NCBI RefSeq assembly: GCF_006345805.1 | Contig: NC_042999.1 | Coordinates: 21,824,001 to 21,888,000, forward strand | DNA from: Octopus sinensis | Lineage: Eukaryota | Length of the DNA: 64,000 nt | Direction of reading: 5' to 3' | Shown here: positions 40,165 to 52,363 of the stretch, in pieces | How positions within the stretch are numbered: position 1 is the stretch's first letter | Layout: the number at the start of each line of letters is the position of its first letter | Translations under genes and position numbers: made by a program | The notes under the pieces: model-generated | Told to the model about the DNA's origin: nothing | Seen by the model: only the letters and a program-made list of their open reading frames with translations | Databases searched by the model: none

Positions 40165-42255
40165 ATGGCTCTTTGTGATCCCTTAATAAGATTAATTGTT
40201 TTAAAAGTTATAATTGGATTTATTGTTATATCAACTGCCGAAGGATATTGTGAATGTAATACACACGAATGCTTTTGCGAAAATTTATCCTATATACCAA
40301 AGTTCCCAGCCAACACGACGATTGTAAAAATTATAAATCCGACATTTTCGAAATTTGATTCTAAAACCTTGTGGAACTTAACTACTATACATTTAACAAA
40401 ATTGTCATTTATAGGATGTGTATTTCGAAATGCAACTGAATATGTTTTTGCAAAATTGATCCTCCTAGAACATCTTAATTTCAAGCTGTGTAAATTGACC
40501 CAACACACCTTGCAACAAATCTTTCGCAGTATTTCAAGTATCAATATAACTTCGTTAGAATTTGATGGAGTCAACAAAAACAACTGGTCATTCCAATTTT
40601 TACAAGACATTACAAATTACAATATTAATAGATTTTGTGTAAGGAGATCCAAAATAAAAGTATTTAACGGTAGCGAGCTTCTACCCTTAAAGAATTTAAA
40701 ACTACTTGATTTAAGATTTAATAGCATTACTAAAGTTGTATCTTGGGGAACACACCCATTTCTAACAGCTCTGAATTTATATGGAAACTTCATATGCTAT
40801 ATGGTTCACTTTGTGGATACTAGCGGAAGAATCTCATTTCCCATGTTGGTACGTTTAGAAATCTCTTTATATCATTGGCATATTCTGGCCATTGGAACAT
40901 TCAAAGGACTGAATAAGGTAAAAACATTAAGCATCAATGCTCCGAGTTTGCGCTTAATTAAGCCAAAAGTACTGACTTCTTTAAAAGAATTAGTAAACTT
41001 TTCCCTCACTTCTAGGAAGTCACGCTTATTACAATTGGGCAAACATGCATTTCAGAGTACAACTTTACGTTCGCTGACATTGAGAAATATTACATTAGAG
41101 ATCCCAAAATCAAATTTGAGCGGTATATTTAAAGCATGCCGGAATATCACTTCACTGAAATTTCAAGCTGTATCCATCAATGGAAATGCATCCATAAATG
41201 ATCTTTTAAAGGATTTAAAAAACCTTGAATATTTAGAGCTAACAAGAAATATCATGAGAAATGTTCCAGATTGTGTATGCGATATGAAAAGGCTTCATAC
41301 GCTTATCCTTTCGAGAACATGGATAAGAAAATGGCAAACTACTAACTGCACTGTGATGAACAATTTAAGGGTATTTTCATTGTCGTATAATAAAATATTT
41401 AACGTTAATAAGACCTCTTTCTCTAAAGCTCTCTTCTCTAATACGAACCTTAAATGGGATCTTTCCCATAATTCTTACATGTGCAACTGTCGAATACTAT
41501 GGTTTAGAGACTGGATGAAACGAAATCCAGCGCGAATTTTACATTATCCTAAATCATATTTATGTCACAACCCTGCTCCAGTGAGATTCATCCAGATTGC
41601 TAAATACTATGTTTCGTGGGATTATTGTGCAAGCATATCGAAGCCATCGCCCATAGCTGTGTCAGGTTGTGTGCTTGGAACACTTTCTGTTATTTTTATC
41701 ATCACTGGACTAGTGTCGTATATAAAAAGATGGTCGATACGATACTGGATTTATCTTGTTTTTGCAAGGAGAAGGAAATACCAACTTCTTGAATGTACGA
41801 GTGAACATAATTATGATGCGTTTGTCTGTTATTCCGGTTCCGATGTTGGATGGGTTACCAAATACTTACTTCCAATACTCGAAGAAGAAAACCATCTTCA
41901 CCTCTGTTTGCATGACAGAGATTTTGCAGTTGGCAATGATATTATTGATAATATTATAGATAGTATTCAGCAGAGTCGTAAAGTGGTGCTGGTATTATCT
42001 TCTGATTTTGCGCAAAGTCAATGGTGTCAATTTGAGACTAGTCTTGCACAGCAACGGTTATTTGAAGAGAAACAGGATATAATCGTACCAATACTTCTTG
42101 AAGAAATACCGACTGAATTACAGACCATGAGACTGGCTCTACTACTTAAACAGAAAACGTACTTAGAATGGTCCAGTGAAAGACGTGGTCAAATGATGTT
42201 TTGGGAACGCCTCGTTGAAATTCTCCTGGAAACAGCAACATACAAGGAAATTTAA
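40165..42255 (+). CDS. Toll-like receptor, 696 aa, single coding exon
   Basis: Hydrophobic signal peptide, LRRs (LKNLKLLDLRFNSI, LKNLEYLELTRNIM, LRVFSLSYNKI), LRR-CT (LSHNSYMCNCRILWF..C..P), TM helix (IAVSGCVLGTLSVIFIITGLVSYI), TIR domain (YDAFVCYS, LCLHDRDFAVG, SQWCQFE, TYLEW, FWERL). AATAAA at 42574. Confidence 0.97.
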   Translation: MALCDPLIRLIVLKVIIGFIVISTAEGYCECNTHECFCENLSYIPKFPANTTIVKIINPTFSKFDSKTLWNLTTIHLTKLSFIGCVFRNATEYVFAKLILLEHLNFKLCKLTQHTLQQIFRSISSINITSLEFDGVNKNNWSFQFLQDITNYNINRFCVRRSKIKVFNGSELLPLKNLKLLDLRFNSITKVVSWGTHPFLTALNLYGNFICYMVHFVDTSGRISFPMLVRLEISLYHWHILAIGTFKGLNKVKTLSINAPSLRLIKPKVLTSLKELVNFSLTSRKSRLLQLGKHAFQSTTLRSLTLRNITLEIPKSNLSGIFKACRNITSLKFQAVSINGNASINDLLKDLKNLEYLELTRNIMRNVPDCVCDMKRLHTLILSRTWIRKWQTTNCTVMNNLRVFSLSYNKIFNVNKTSFSKALFSNTNLKWDLSHNSYMCNCRILWFRDWMKRNPARILHYPKSYLCHNPAPVRFIQIAKYYVSWDYCASISKPSPIAVSGCVLGTLSVIFIITGLVSYIKRWSIRYWIYLVFARRRKYQLLECTSEHNYDAFVCYSGSDVGWVTKYLLPILEEENHLHLCLHDRDFAVGNDIIDNIIDSIQQSRKVVLVLSSDFAQSQWCQFETSLAQQRLFEEKQDIIVPILLEEIPTELQTMRLALLLKQKTYLEWSSERRGQMMFWERLVEILLETATYKEI

Positions 42256-42939
42256 ATACAAAGTAACACCGCATTTTGCAACACTTTTCTTCTGTTCGCT
42301 TCTTTTGCTTTTGGCATTACCAATTTGTTATTACGTTTGTTCTTAAGAAACATATTTTTTCTTTTAATAGTATCGGTGAAAAACCGCTGATTTTGTTTCG
42401 TGCCAAATTTATTTTCAGTTATTTCTTAGACTTTTTACTGACGTATGTTCGTTTTATATCATTCAGTGAGTTTTCAGCTGTATTTTTTTATATCTATTTT
42501 ATCAAATCGAAAAATATTTCCAAGATATTTTTATCATCTGGACTTCATCTAAACATGATTAGGCTGTACCTATAATAAACTTTCTATCATTTTACAAATC
42601 ATTTTAAACGGCGAGCTGGCTTAATCGTTAGAGCGTCAGGAAAAATACTCTACGATGTTTCTTTCGGCTCTTTACGTCCTGAATTGGCCATGTGCATAAA
42701 TTATAAAGAATATGGAAAGCAGGATTTGTTGTCTTTTAGTCTAGAAAGGATTTTCAAATATTGTTTGGGTTTTTATACAATATTACACACAATATTGCTG
42801 AAAGGTTTAATTAAAACAGAAACAGAATGAACAGAAACAAACAAAAGGAAAATCATGGACGTTTCGTGATTTAAAGTATGTGGCTATTTAATTTATTGAA
42901 TACATTAACCATTTAAAGTTATTTCTCAATGGATTAAGT

Positions 42940-43290
42940 GTGGAACAAATTTAAAAGACTGTGGGAGAATGCAATGCTGAATCTCTGGAGTTGCGTGGAC
43001 TCATGTCACAAGGCATCAAACTTCTCAGTGAAGCAAACTCAGAAAATACCAACATTATTATACCCCTGTTGTCACTACCCAGAAGAGTTCCAGTTGGGAA
43101 GGGGATTAAATCAGGAGTCGCTACCTTACCAAAGTCTCTACATGTGTTTCAAAATGGTCATCAGATGTATTGATCGGAAAGATGGTATCAATATCAACTG
43201 TGAGCTACAAACAGACACCCGATTTACAGACGACATCAGCTTATCGTAAAAACCTTCGATTATCTAAGACCATGCTGACAGAAATGGACA
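42940..43290 (+). mobile_element. RTE-clade RT fragment
   Basis: GRGLNQ..; GININCE..RFTDDISL (cf. GININGEYL..LRFADDIVL). Confidence 0.7.
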
Positions 43291-43669
43291 TTCAAAATAG
43301 ACTGCATTGAAACACAGTACAAACGTGTAAAAACGTAGCAAAGCTGAGAATAGTATTGGAAATCGATACAAAACAACAATATATGCCGAGGAAGGAACAT
43401 TGAAATTCTGAGGAGATTAAGAACATGTGATGAACGTTTTCGCCACAATTAAAGTTTTGCTGTCATATTCAAACTACACTTTAGTGTATGTCGTTGCTAT
43501 TCAGTGGACAAAATCAGGTACATATTCAGTGGAAAAAATCAGGTACATATAACTATTCCAAGGTACTCTCAGGATGTGGCGGGCCTCTAAGGCCGATGAG
43601 ATCATGTCGCTACTCTATGAAACAATGCATCAAGAAGATCATAAAAGAAAACTCGTCCGCAAGCATTCT

Positions 43670-43902
43670 ACCTATTTCTTTACTACCCACAAGGGGCTAA
43701 ATACAGAGAGGACAAACAAGGACAGACAAATGGGTTAAGTCGATTATATCGACCCCAGTGCGTAACTGGTACTTATTTAATCGACCCCGAAAGGATGAAC
43801 GGCAAAGTCAACCTCGGCGGAATTTGAACTCAGAACGTAGCAGCACACGAAATGCTGCTAAGCATTTCGCACGGCGTGCTAACGATTCTGCCAGCTCGCC
43901 GC
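43670..43902 (-). mobile_element. S1 SINE
   Basis: Reverse complement of the S1 consensus. Confidence 0.92.
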
Positions 43903-44052
43903 AAGCATTCTACCATTTGCATCCCGGTAAAGGCATTGATGTGCTGAAATGTGTAACTGAAGTATTCTTATGTCACAGTTGCTATTTATTTTTCTTCAAA
44001 AGTATCCACTAATAGTTATGTTACCTTTTACATAAATTATAGTTTATATCAT

Positions 44053-44471
44053 GGATCTTTTCGGTTTGAACGGCAGTTTTTAACATAATTTCTAGGTAAC
44101 TAAACAATATTAAACTTCGTATACTGGTAGAATGCGTTTATAAAACATCTTTTTCTCTTGGCTTGATTGAGAAAATTCTATAGTTTGTAAGATATTTGTT
44201 GTTTTTTTCTTCAATTTTTGCAATTTCAACCAATCACTGACGTCCATTGAGGTAAACAACATTCTGTGCCGTATGAATATGTCCCTCGCTTAAGAAACAG
44301 ATTGGGTTTATTTACATTTGTGAAGAAAAAATATACCCTTCCCCCACCCCTAACCCTAACCCCAACCCTAACATAGATTGAAATGAAATAGATTGATACT
44401 AGGGTCATAATTATGGGTGACAATTTCATATGACACCGCTAGAAAAACTGCCTTTCAAACCGAAAAGATCT
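44053..44471. mobile_element. Mutator-like MITE with internal telomeric repeats
   Basis: TIR GGATCTTTTCGGTTTGAACGGCAGTTTTT; 9-10 bp TSD (T)TTATATCAT on both sides; CCCTAA units near 44348-44371. Confidence 0.88.
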
Positions 44472-45051
44472 TTATATCATATAGAGTTTATTATTTATTG
44501 TAGTCTTGTTGTAAGTGTATCATCATTGATATGTCTTCATTATTCTAAAAATTGGTACACGACTAAATTATAATCGTCTAAGAGAATGTAACTACTTGTT
44601 TAACTATTTTTATTTAAAATTTGATTAACGATAGTGTGGAAATAAATTATCTCAAAACAATATCGACTATTTTGTTTTCATTTAATAATCATTATTTCTG
44701 TTGAAACCATATAATTTCAAAATTCAACGTTTGCAACAATTCCATTCATATATCTTTGCTTTTTTCTCAAGACAAATAAACTTGCGTTACATTTCTACGT
44801 TCGTCGTGTGAAATAATTTCGTTACATTTTCAGTTACACCGTGTGAAATGTTTCTGAACACAAACACTGCTAGTGCAATGATACAGATTAAAGGCTGAGA
44901 ACAATCTTACTCTGTCGACGTAAGCCAATGAACTTAACTGAAATAACTATTGTCACACAAATTCAGTTTGCACTTTACTTAACCCTACAATCGTCGGCAA
45001 AGTGTCAGCAATATTCTCAATATTGAATACGTAATATATATTTGAAGTTTA

Positions 45052-45860
45052 GGGCGACGAACTGACTGAATAGTTAGCACGCGGGAGGAAAAGTATAACG
45101 GTATTTCGTTTGTCTGTACGCTCTGAGCTCAAATTCCGCTGAGGTCGACTTTACCTTTCATCCTTTTGGGGGGTCGATAAATTAAGTACCGGTTGTGTAA
45201 TGGAGTCGATCTAATCGACTGGCCCCCTCCCCCAAATTTCGGGCCTTGTGCCTGGAGCAGAAAAGAATATATTTATTTCAAGGCGGCGAGCTGGCAGAAT
45301 CGTTAGCATCCCGGGCGAAATGCGTAGCCGTACTTCGTCAGCCGTTACGTTCTGAGTTCAAATTCCACGGCGGTCGACTTTGCCTTTCATTCTTTCGGGG
45401 TCGATAAATTAAGTACCAGTTTCGCACTGGAGTCGATGTAATCGACTTAATCCGTTTGTCTGTCCTTGTTTGTCCCCTCTATGTTTAGCCCCTTGTGGGT
45501 AATAAAGAAATAGGTATTTCGTCTGCCGTTACGTTGTGAGTTCAAATTCCGCCGAGGTCGACTTTGCCGTTCATCCTTTCGGGGTCGATAAATTAGGTAC
45601 CAATTACGCACTGCGGTCGATATAATCGCCTTAATCCGTTTGTCTGTCCTTGTTTGTCCTCTCTGTGTTTAGCCCCCTGTGGGTAGTAAAGAAATAGGTA
45701 TTTTGCGTGTCGCTACGTCTCGAGTTCAAATTCCGATGATGTCGGCTTTGTCTTTCATCCTTTCAGCGTCGATAAATTAAGTAGCAGTGAAACACTGGAG
45801 TCGATAGAAACTACTGGTCCCCACCACAAATCTGAGGCCTTGTGCGTGTAGTAGAAAGTA
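45052..45860 (+). mobile_element. Tandem S1 SINEs (monomer plus trimer)
   Basis: Heads at about 45052 and 45281; internal AAAGAAATAG|GTATTT junctions near 45513 and 45697. Confidence 0.9.
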
Positions 45861-46333
45861 TTATTATTATTCTTAAGACGTGCTTTCTTACATACTGCAA
45901 TGAAGACAGTCGAACATTTTAAATTTCATTTTTAAACTATTGAATAATAAGAAAAATATTCAACCGATTCTGTTTTTTATTATTTTATTCATATATGTAT
46001 TACAATAACTCTTATTTTCAAATATAAAAATCTTTACTTCTTCTGTTTCCAAGGCTTCCAAGGTTAATAAAACTCTGAATTCCCGAGCAATGCACATTAT
46101 GAGGTGTTTGTATGGAAGAAGTACCACATCATACATCAGTCTTTCAATGAAAAACATAGAGTAAATATTCAAATGAGATTGTAATTATAATTAATTATAA
46201 GAACATCAAGCTATTACGAGGTGCTATGTGATATCTCCCTAACTTCAAATGTGTGCCCAAACCAGATGGTACTTCTTACAAAGAGGTTTACCTCGCAAGA
46301 GTTAACTATTATTTTATTTTATTATATATCTAA

Positions 46334-46733
46334 CTAGCAGTATCGCCCGGCGTTGCTCGGGTTTGTAAGGGAAATAACTATATAAGCATTTTTAGAGATG
46401 TAAAGTATAATAGCCATCTCAATATGGCTAACCACAAAGGGGGGGGGGGGTGTTACTGTAGCTTTTTACGTTCTGAGATTTAATAATAAATTTTGAGAGA
46501 GTTATTTCCCTTATTTATGCCAAAAATGCATTAAAAATGAGAAAAATTGATGGTAATTTTATTTTAAATCGTAGACTCATCGTAGACGCGCGCTAATACC
46601 CAGAAGGGCTCGATATGAATCACGACTATAAGATACCCGGTTTTGGTTAAACTGCATCGCAAAATGTGGGAGTAGTTAGGAATCTAAATCGTAGGAGACA
46701 GACAGCACACAACCTCTCTTTTATATATAAAGA
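46334..46733 (-). mobile_element. Non-autonomous Helitron (400 bp)
   Basis: Minus strand A|TCTTTATATATAAAA ... hairpin CCCGAGCAACGCCGGG ... CTAG|T. Confidence 0.88.
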
Positions 46734-46801
46734 TATGATATAAGCACTGCTACAAATGAAGTATATTATAGATGATTTGGAACTAAGACAATAGTCTGGA
46801 T

Positions 46802-46920
46802 TTATCTGGCTATATCTCGTTGAAAGCACCGGTTCTCGTCCGATCACTGAAGTTAAGCAACGTTGAGCCTAGTTAGTACTTAGATGGGTGACCGCTTGGG
46901 AAACCTAGGTGCTGTAAGCG
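46802..46920 (+). pseudogene. 5S rRNA pseudogene (dispersed copy)
   Basis: About 119 nt matching animal 5S (GTTGAAAGCACCGGTTCTCGTCCGATCACTGAAGTTAAGCAACG..AGTTAGTACTTAGATGGGTGACCGCTTGGGAA..GGTGCTGTAAGC). Damaged 5' end, transitions, no oligo-T terminator. Confidence 0.9.
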
Positions 46921-46932
46921 TCACACAATAAA

Positions 46933-47330
46933 GGGGTAGGAGTGGCTGTGTGGTAAGTAGCTTGCTTACCAACCACATGGTTCTGGGTCCAATCTCACTG
47001 CGTGGCACCTTGGGCAAGTGTCTTCTACTAGAGCCTCCGGCCGAACAAAGCCTTGTGAGTGAATTTGGTAGACGGAAACTGAAAGAAGACCGTCGTATAT
47101 CTGTATATATATATATGTGTGTGTGTGTACATGATGTGTGTCTGTGTCCTCCCCCCCCCATCGCTTGACAACCGATGCTGGTGTGTTTAGTCCGAATAAA
47201 CTTAACGGTTCGGCAAAAAGAGACCGATATAATAAGTACTAGGCTTACAAAGAATAAGTCCTGGGCTCGATTTGCTCGACTCAAGGCCGTGCTCCAGCAT
47301 GGCCCCAGTCAAATGACTGAAACAAGTAAA
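46933..47330 (+). mobile_element. S2 SINE
   Basis: Full S2 head, body and tail. Confidence 0.9.
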
Positions 47331-47878
47331 AATAAAACTAACTAAAAGTAATTCTATCGTCATTCCACGAAAACCATTCGGTATGAATGAATGAATCCGT
47401 CATTATTTATAAACAAGCAACAACGAGGGTGATACTGTAACCAATATATCATCCACGTATATTCACAATTACGTGTGGCAGAACACCATCTCGACAAGAT
47501 ATTTGTGCTAAAATCAATGGAAACAGCCACCAAAGGTCAATGACACAGAGCACAAAATAACAAATAACTAAATGCTTAGGGTTACGTAACTCTCAATATT
47601 GAAGCAGTATATCTAATTTAAAATCATTATCTTGCAGGAACCAATCAACCTAAAGTGCCACATTCAACTAATTGACCTGTCGAGTAAATTGAGATGATTT
47701 AAGGAAAGACTACGATAGAATTTATGGATTCTTTGTTTGGATTTTCTAATAGGCTCGATTGCTGGAGGAAATACATCACATTGTCCTCCTTTTGATTATC
47801 TAACCAAAATACAAAGCACTCAACAACAATGAATTAAAATCTCAATAGTCCTGTACGTGTATCTTTATATCCAAAGTA

Positions 47879-48439
47879 TTGGGTTGTCCGAAAGGTTCGT
47901 GCCGATTTATAGTAGCTTAACTTTCAATTTATTTTAGAACATGGTTAAGTCCATAAAATAGGATTTGATTACACCTCCATTTAGAGCACAGTTTAAGCTC
48001 GTGGAATAAGGTTTATGTTCCTATAACCTGTGTTAATTTTGTAACCCTTTAAAATGGAAGATAAGAAAGTTCATTTTCGGCACTTGATGCTTTGGGAACC
48101 AGACAAAAATTGCTGCAGCTCGGCTGGGATGTGTTACCCCATCCTCCATATTCAACAGATATTGCTTCTTTAGATTTCCACTTATTCAGGCCTCTGCAGA
48201 ATAGTCTTAATCGTAAAAATTTCAATTCCTTGGATGACGTAAAAAGATACCTTGATGAATTCATTGCCATGAAACCACCTCAATTCTGGGAAGAGGATAT
48301 TTTCAAGTTAAAGGAAAGATGGAGACGCATTGTGCAACAACAAATGATTCATATTTGGTTGATTAAAAATGTAATGGTAAGTATTTATTGACCTTTTACT
48401 TGCTTTTAAAAATCGGCACGAACTTTCCAGACAACTCAA
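47879..48439 (+). mobile_element. Internally deleted mariner transposon
   Basis: TA-flanked TIRs TTGGGTTGTCC..GTGCCGATTT; MEDKKVHFRHLMLWE fused to LGWDVLPHPPYSTDIASLDFHLFRPLQN..KLKERW. Confidence 0.93.
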
Positions 48440-49280
48440 TATTAAGGTGCCACTAAAGTTTCGGCAAATTTCTTTCTATATTTTTATATATTATCGCAAT
48501 TTAAGCACATAAACATACACACTAACACACATACATAAACACACGTGCACAGACACAAAAACACACACGCCCATACACATGCACTCAACAACCGCCCACA
48601 TGACGTTGCACACGTACGCACATACAAACACTCACACACATACATGCACACACAGGCAGACAATTAGCCTGAAGAGATGACGTGAAAATATGACCCCGGT
48701 AGAACAGAGAGCTATGAAGGGAAATAATATAAAACCCAATTGTTCTTTACTCTAACGCTGCAACTACCCTAGTAGAAAATATATCTTATTTTAACGTGAA
48801 TAAGGACCCCTGATGAATAAGGAACCCCCTAATTTAGGGAGCTTCAAATTTGGAAAAAAGGTTCTGTGATGGATTATAATACTATCCACGTATAAGAAAC
48901 TTTCATATTTTTGTAACATAATTTTTGACAAAAAAAGGGTTTCTTGTAAACGTTAAATTACGATAATAGGGACTTTAAGCTTCAAGCATCAGGAATCCTA
49001 CTGTTCATGTTAGTTTTCATTTATTCTTTTTCATGTTTTAATTGTGGGATTTGGTCCAAGGGTTTTCTTGATCAAGTAGAGCTCAAAGATGATTTCCAAT
49101 TTAGTACTGATTTTATTGTTCTATTTTTTGCCGAACCATTAAGTATCGGAGACCTAAAAAAATCAACAGTGTTTCTCAATCGGTGAGACACATGCTAATT
49201 CTCAAATGCTTCCCCCTACACACATATATGTGTGTATATGGTGTGTGTATGCGTGTGTGAGTGTAATATATATTCATATA

Positions 49281-50237
49281 CAAGGATGTACCCAAAAGAA
49301 ACCGGAATTTCGCAGTATTATTTTATTCCTCCAAAGTATTTTCCATTTGAAGCAATGCATCGGTCCAGATGCGTTTTCCGCTATTCGAAGCAATCCTAGA
49401 ATGCTTGTGAGGTGATGCCTATTAATGCCTCCGTCGCTTTTTTTTCTTCGTCTCTTCCACATCTGCAGATTCTATAACATTAGCTTCTGTCACCAGTGAT
49501 GACATTCGAAAACAGGCCCGGATCAACTTCCAACTGTTCCTTCAGTTCATGATATGCATTCAGTCGTGATTGCTTTTGACCTTCCGAGAGCAAGCGAGGA
49601 ATCAATTTGGCAGGAACCAATCAACCTAAAGTGCCACATTCAACTAATTGACCTGTCGAGTAAATTGAGATGATTTAAGGAAAGACTACGATAGAATTTA
49701 TGGATTTTGCAATTCGTTGGCAGGAGCTCCAGGACACACCAGTCATATCAAAAACTTCATCAATTTTTCGGTGATGCTCCTCCAAGATCAGTTGGTGAAT
49801 TTTCAAGTTTTCATTCGTTTGGGATGTCGACGGTCATCCTGAAGTACGTTAGTCTTCAAGCGACAAGTGATCATTCCTAAAGCGGGGAAACCATTCGTAA
49901 AACTTGTGTTTTGCTCATGGCAGCCTCCTTGTAAGCTGTCCAAAGCAGGACAACTGTTTTAGCCGTCGTTGTCACCAATACAAAACAGAATTACCCAGAA
50001 GCACTTTGCTCCTTCGCTTTAGCCATCGCAAAACTCAACGAACAGTGGAGAATCACTGCAAAATAAAGACACACCACGTGGCAGTATGACTTCAACCGAC
50101 GACACCAGGTACATATTAAGGTACATAAAAGACTGATACCTGAGGGTTGCATAAAGTTGTTTCTAATGGTAAAAACCTGAACTACGACGAGTTTGTCCTA
50201 CAGAGAACGTTTCCGGTTACTTTTGGGTACTTCCTTG
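49281..50237 (-). mobile_element. Decayed mariner transposon with a 97-bp foreign insert
   Basis: TIRs CAAGGATGTACCCAAAAG.AACCGGAA / TTCCGGTTACTTTTGGGTACTTCCTTG, TA flanks; minus-strand AKLIPRLLSEGQK, VITGD, CIASNG motifs. Confidence 0.85.
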
Positions 50238-50395
50238 TATATAGAAAACATTTAATGAAAGTGCTGCCCTGGGTAACTAAACCTGAAACTATGTGGTTGC
50301 AAAGCGAAATTTTTAACATCACGTCAATGACTGCGCTATTATATATTTATTACTTTAAGGATATTAGCACATTTTCTGATCACAGTCACCGCAGA

Positions 50396-50770
50396 TATGG
50401 AAGCACTCCGTCGGTTACGACGACGAGGGTTCCGGTTGATCCGAATCAACTGAACAGCCTGCTCGTGAAATTAACGTGTAAGTGGCTGAGCACTCCACAG
50501 ATACGTGTACCCTTAACGTAGTTCTCGGGGATATTCAGCGTGACACAGAGAGTGACAAGGCCGGCCCTTTGAAATACAGGTACAACAGAAACAGGAAGTA
50601 AGAGTGAGAGAAAGTTGTGGCAGCAGGGATCACCACCATCCCCCTGCCGGAGCATCGTGGAGCTTTAGGTGTTTTCGCTCAATAAACACTCACAACGCCC
50701 GGTCTGGGAATCGAAACCGCGATCCTATGACCGCGAGTCCGCTGCCCTAACCACTGGGCCATTGCGCCTC
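50396..50770 (-). mobile_element. S3-headed SINE with tail type A
   Basis: S3 head plus the tail seen at 30455. Confidence 0.92.
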
Positions 50771-50932
50771 TACCACCGCAGATGATATAATAACTGAAAC
50801 GAACGATTCTCTCATCGGTTTCTTTGTGTTGCTTACCCCTTCAAGTATTGACTATTTAGACCTGGCCTTAAGATGCTTTTTTGTAGAGTTGAAATATGGC
50901 GCAACTCGAATTACGAAGATATTATGCATATA

Positions 50933-51362
50933 GGCGTAGGAGTGGCTGTGTGGTTAGTAGCTTGCTTACGAACCACGTGGTTCTGGGTTCAGTCCCACTG
51001 CGTGCCCCCTTGGGTGTCTTCTACTATAGCTTCGGGCCGATCAAAGCCTTGTGAGCGGATTTGGTAGACGGAAACTGAGACTGTCGTATATATGTATATA
51101 TATATATATATATGTATGTTTTTGTATATCTTTGTGTGTCTGCGTTTGCACCCCCCCCCCCCAACATCGCTTGACAAGCGATGCTGGAGTGTTTTCCTCC
51201 CCGTAACTTAGCGGTTCTGCAAAAGGGACCGATAGAATAAGTACTAGACTCACAAAGAATAAATCCTGGAGTAGATTTGCTCGACTAAAAGGCGGCGCTA
51301 CTGCATGGCCGCAGTCACATGACTGAGACAAGTAAAAGAGTAAAAGAGTAAAGAGTAAAGAG
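50933..51362 (+). mobile_element. S2 SINE
   Basis: Full S2 with an (AGTAAAAG)n tail. Confidence 0.92.
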
Positions 51363-51539
51363 TATGGTTGAATGTTTCTATCTGTATTCGTTTGTGAGGA
51401 GCTCTTTTATATCAAAGAGAAGTAAATATATTTTATCATCATTGTTTTGCTATCTGGTTATTCAATGGCTCCGTCAAATGATCAATCTGGTATTTGAATT
51501 AGCGAGTAAGTGGCTGAATATTGCACATACACATGTTGA

Positions 51540-51863
51540 GACCCCCTTAGGTCATGAATGACTGTGGGATTGCACCTAGAAAGTTACCTTCCCAGGTACA
51601 ACTCCGGGCAAGGTTGTTTATGGAAGACCAGCAGTCGCCCATGCATACCGGCCTCCCCTCTCCACGCCACCAGTGTTATCCAAGGGAAAGGTAAAGGGGC
51701 CGATACAGCTTGGCACCTGTGACGTCGTTACTCATTTCTACAGCTGAGTGAACTGGAGCAACGTGAAATAAAGCGTCTTGCTCAACAACACAACACGCAG
51801 CCCGAACCGGGATTCGAACTCACAACTTCATTATCGTAAGCTCGACGCTCTAACCACTGAGCC
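51540..51863 (-). mobile_element. S4-type SINE with tail type B
   Basis: Highly similar to 57769-58099. Confidence 0.9.
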
Positions 51864-52112
51864 TTTAAATACGGTAAGTAACCACATATTCTGTCTCCTC
51901 AATTTCACTCAGAAGATTTTAATCGACCGTAAAATACAGCGAAAGAGATTTACTTTATTTTTCATACCGTGGGATCCCACCTATGACCTTGTGATTGATA
52001 AGCAAACATTTTAACAACAGTTATGCAAAGAGATAAGCACACATACATAGGCATACATGTTCATTCATAGAATCACTAAAACACCTGCGGCCTGCGCACG
52101 CTTCGCACTTAC

Positions 52113-52257
52113 CTAAACGCACACCTTTAATCGACCAGGAATGGTCGGCCTGCTATTTGTGTAAGCATATGAGAGAACCTCAAATAATTGAGGATCATGG
52201 CGCCTGATATAATCTCTGGCTGCCATTTCAGTGGGGCAGAGGCGATTCGTCCCACAC
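52113..52257 (-). CDS. Last coding exon of the same zinc-peptidase-like gene
   Basis: Acceptor attttcag|G completes the split ATG codon; encodes CGTNRLCPTEMAARDYIRRHDPQLFEVLSYAYTNSRPTIPGRLKVCV*. The TAG is followed immediately by a gtaagt donor-like site. Confidence 0.87.
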
Positions 52258-52363
52258 CTGAAAATATATAATTTAGTTTGTGTTACGAATTATATTCTAA
52301 TTTATAATAATTCTAAAAAACAATCAACTAACTTTTGATTGGTAAAATGTTAAATAACACTAG

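Noticed and set aside
40290-40610. Antisense ORF (and 41756-41959) inside the TLR
   Set aside because: Shadow ORFs of the real CDS.
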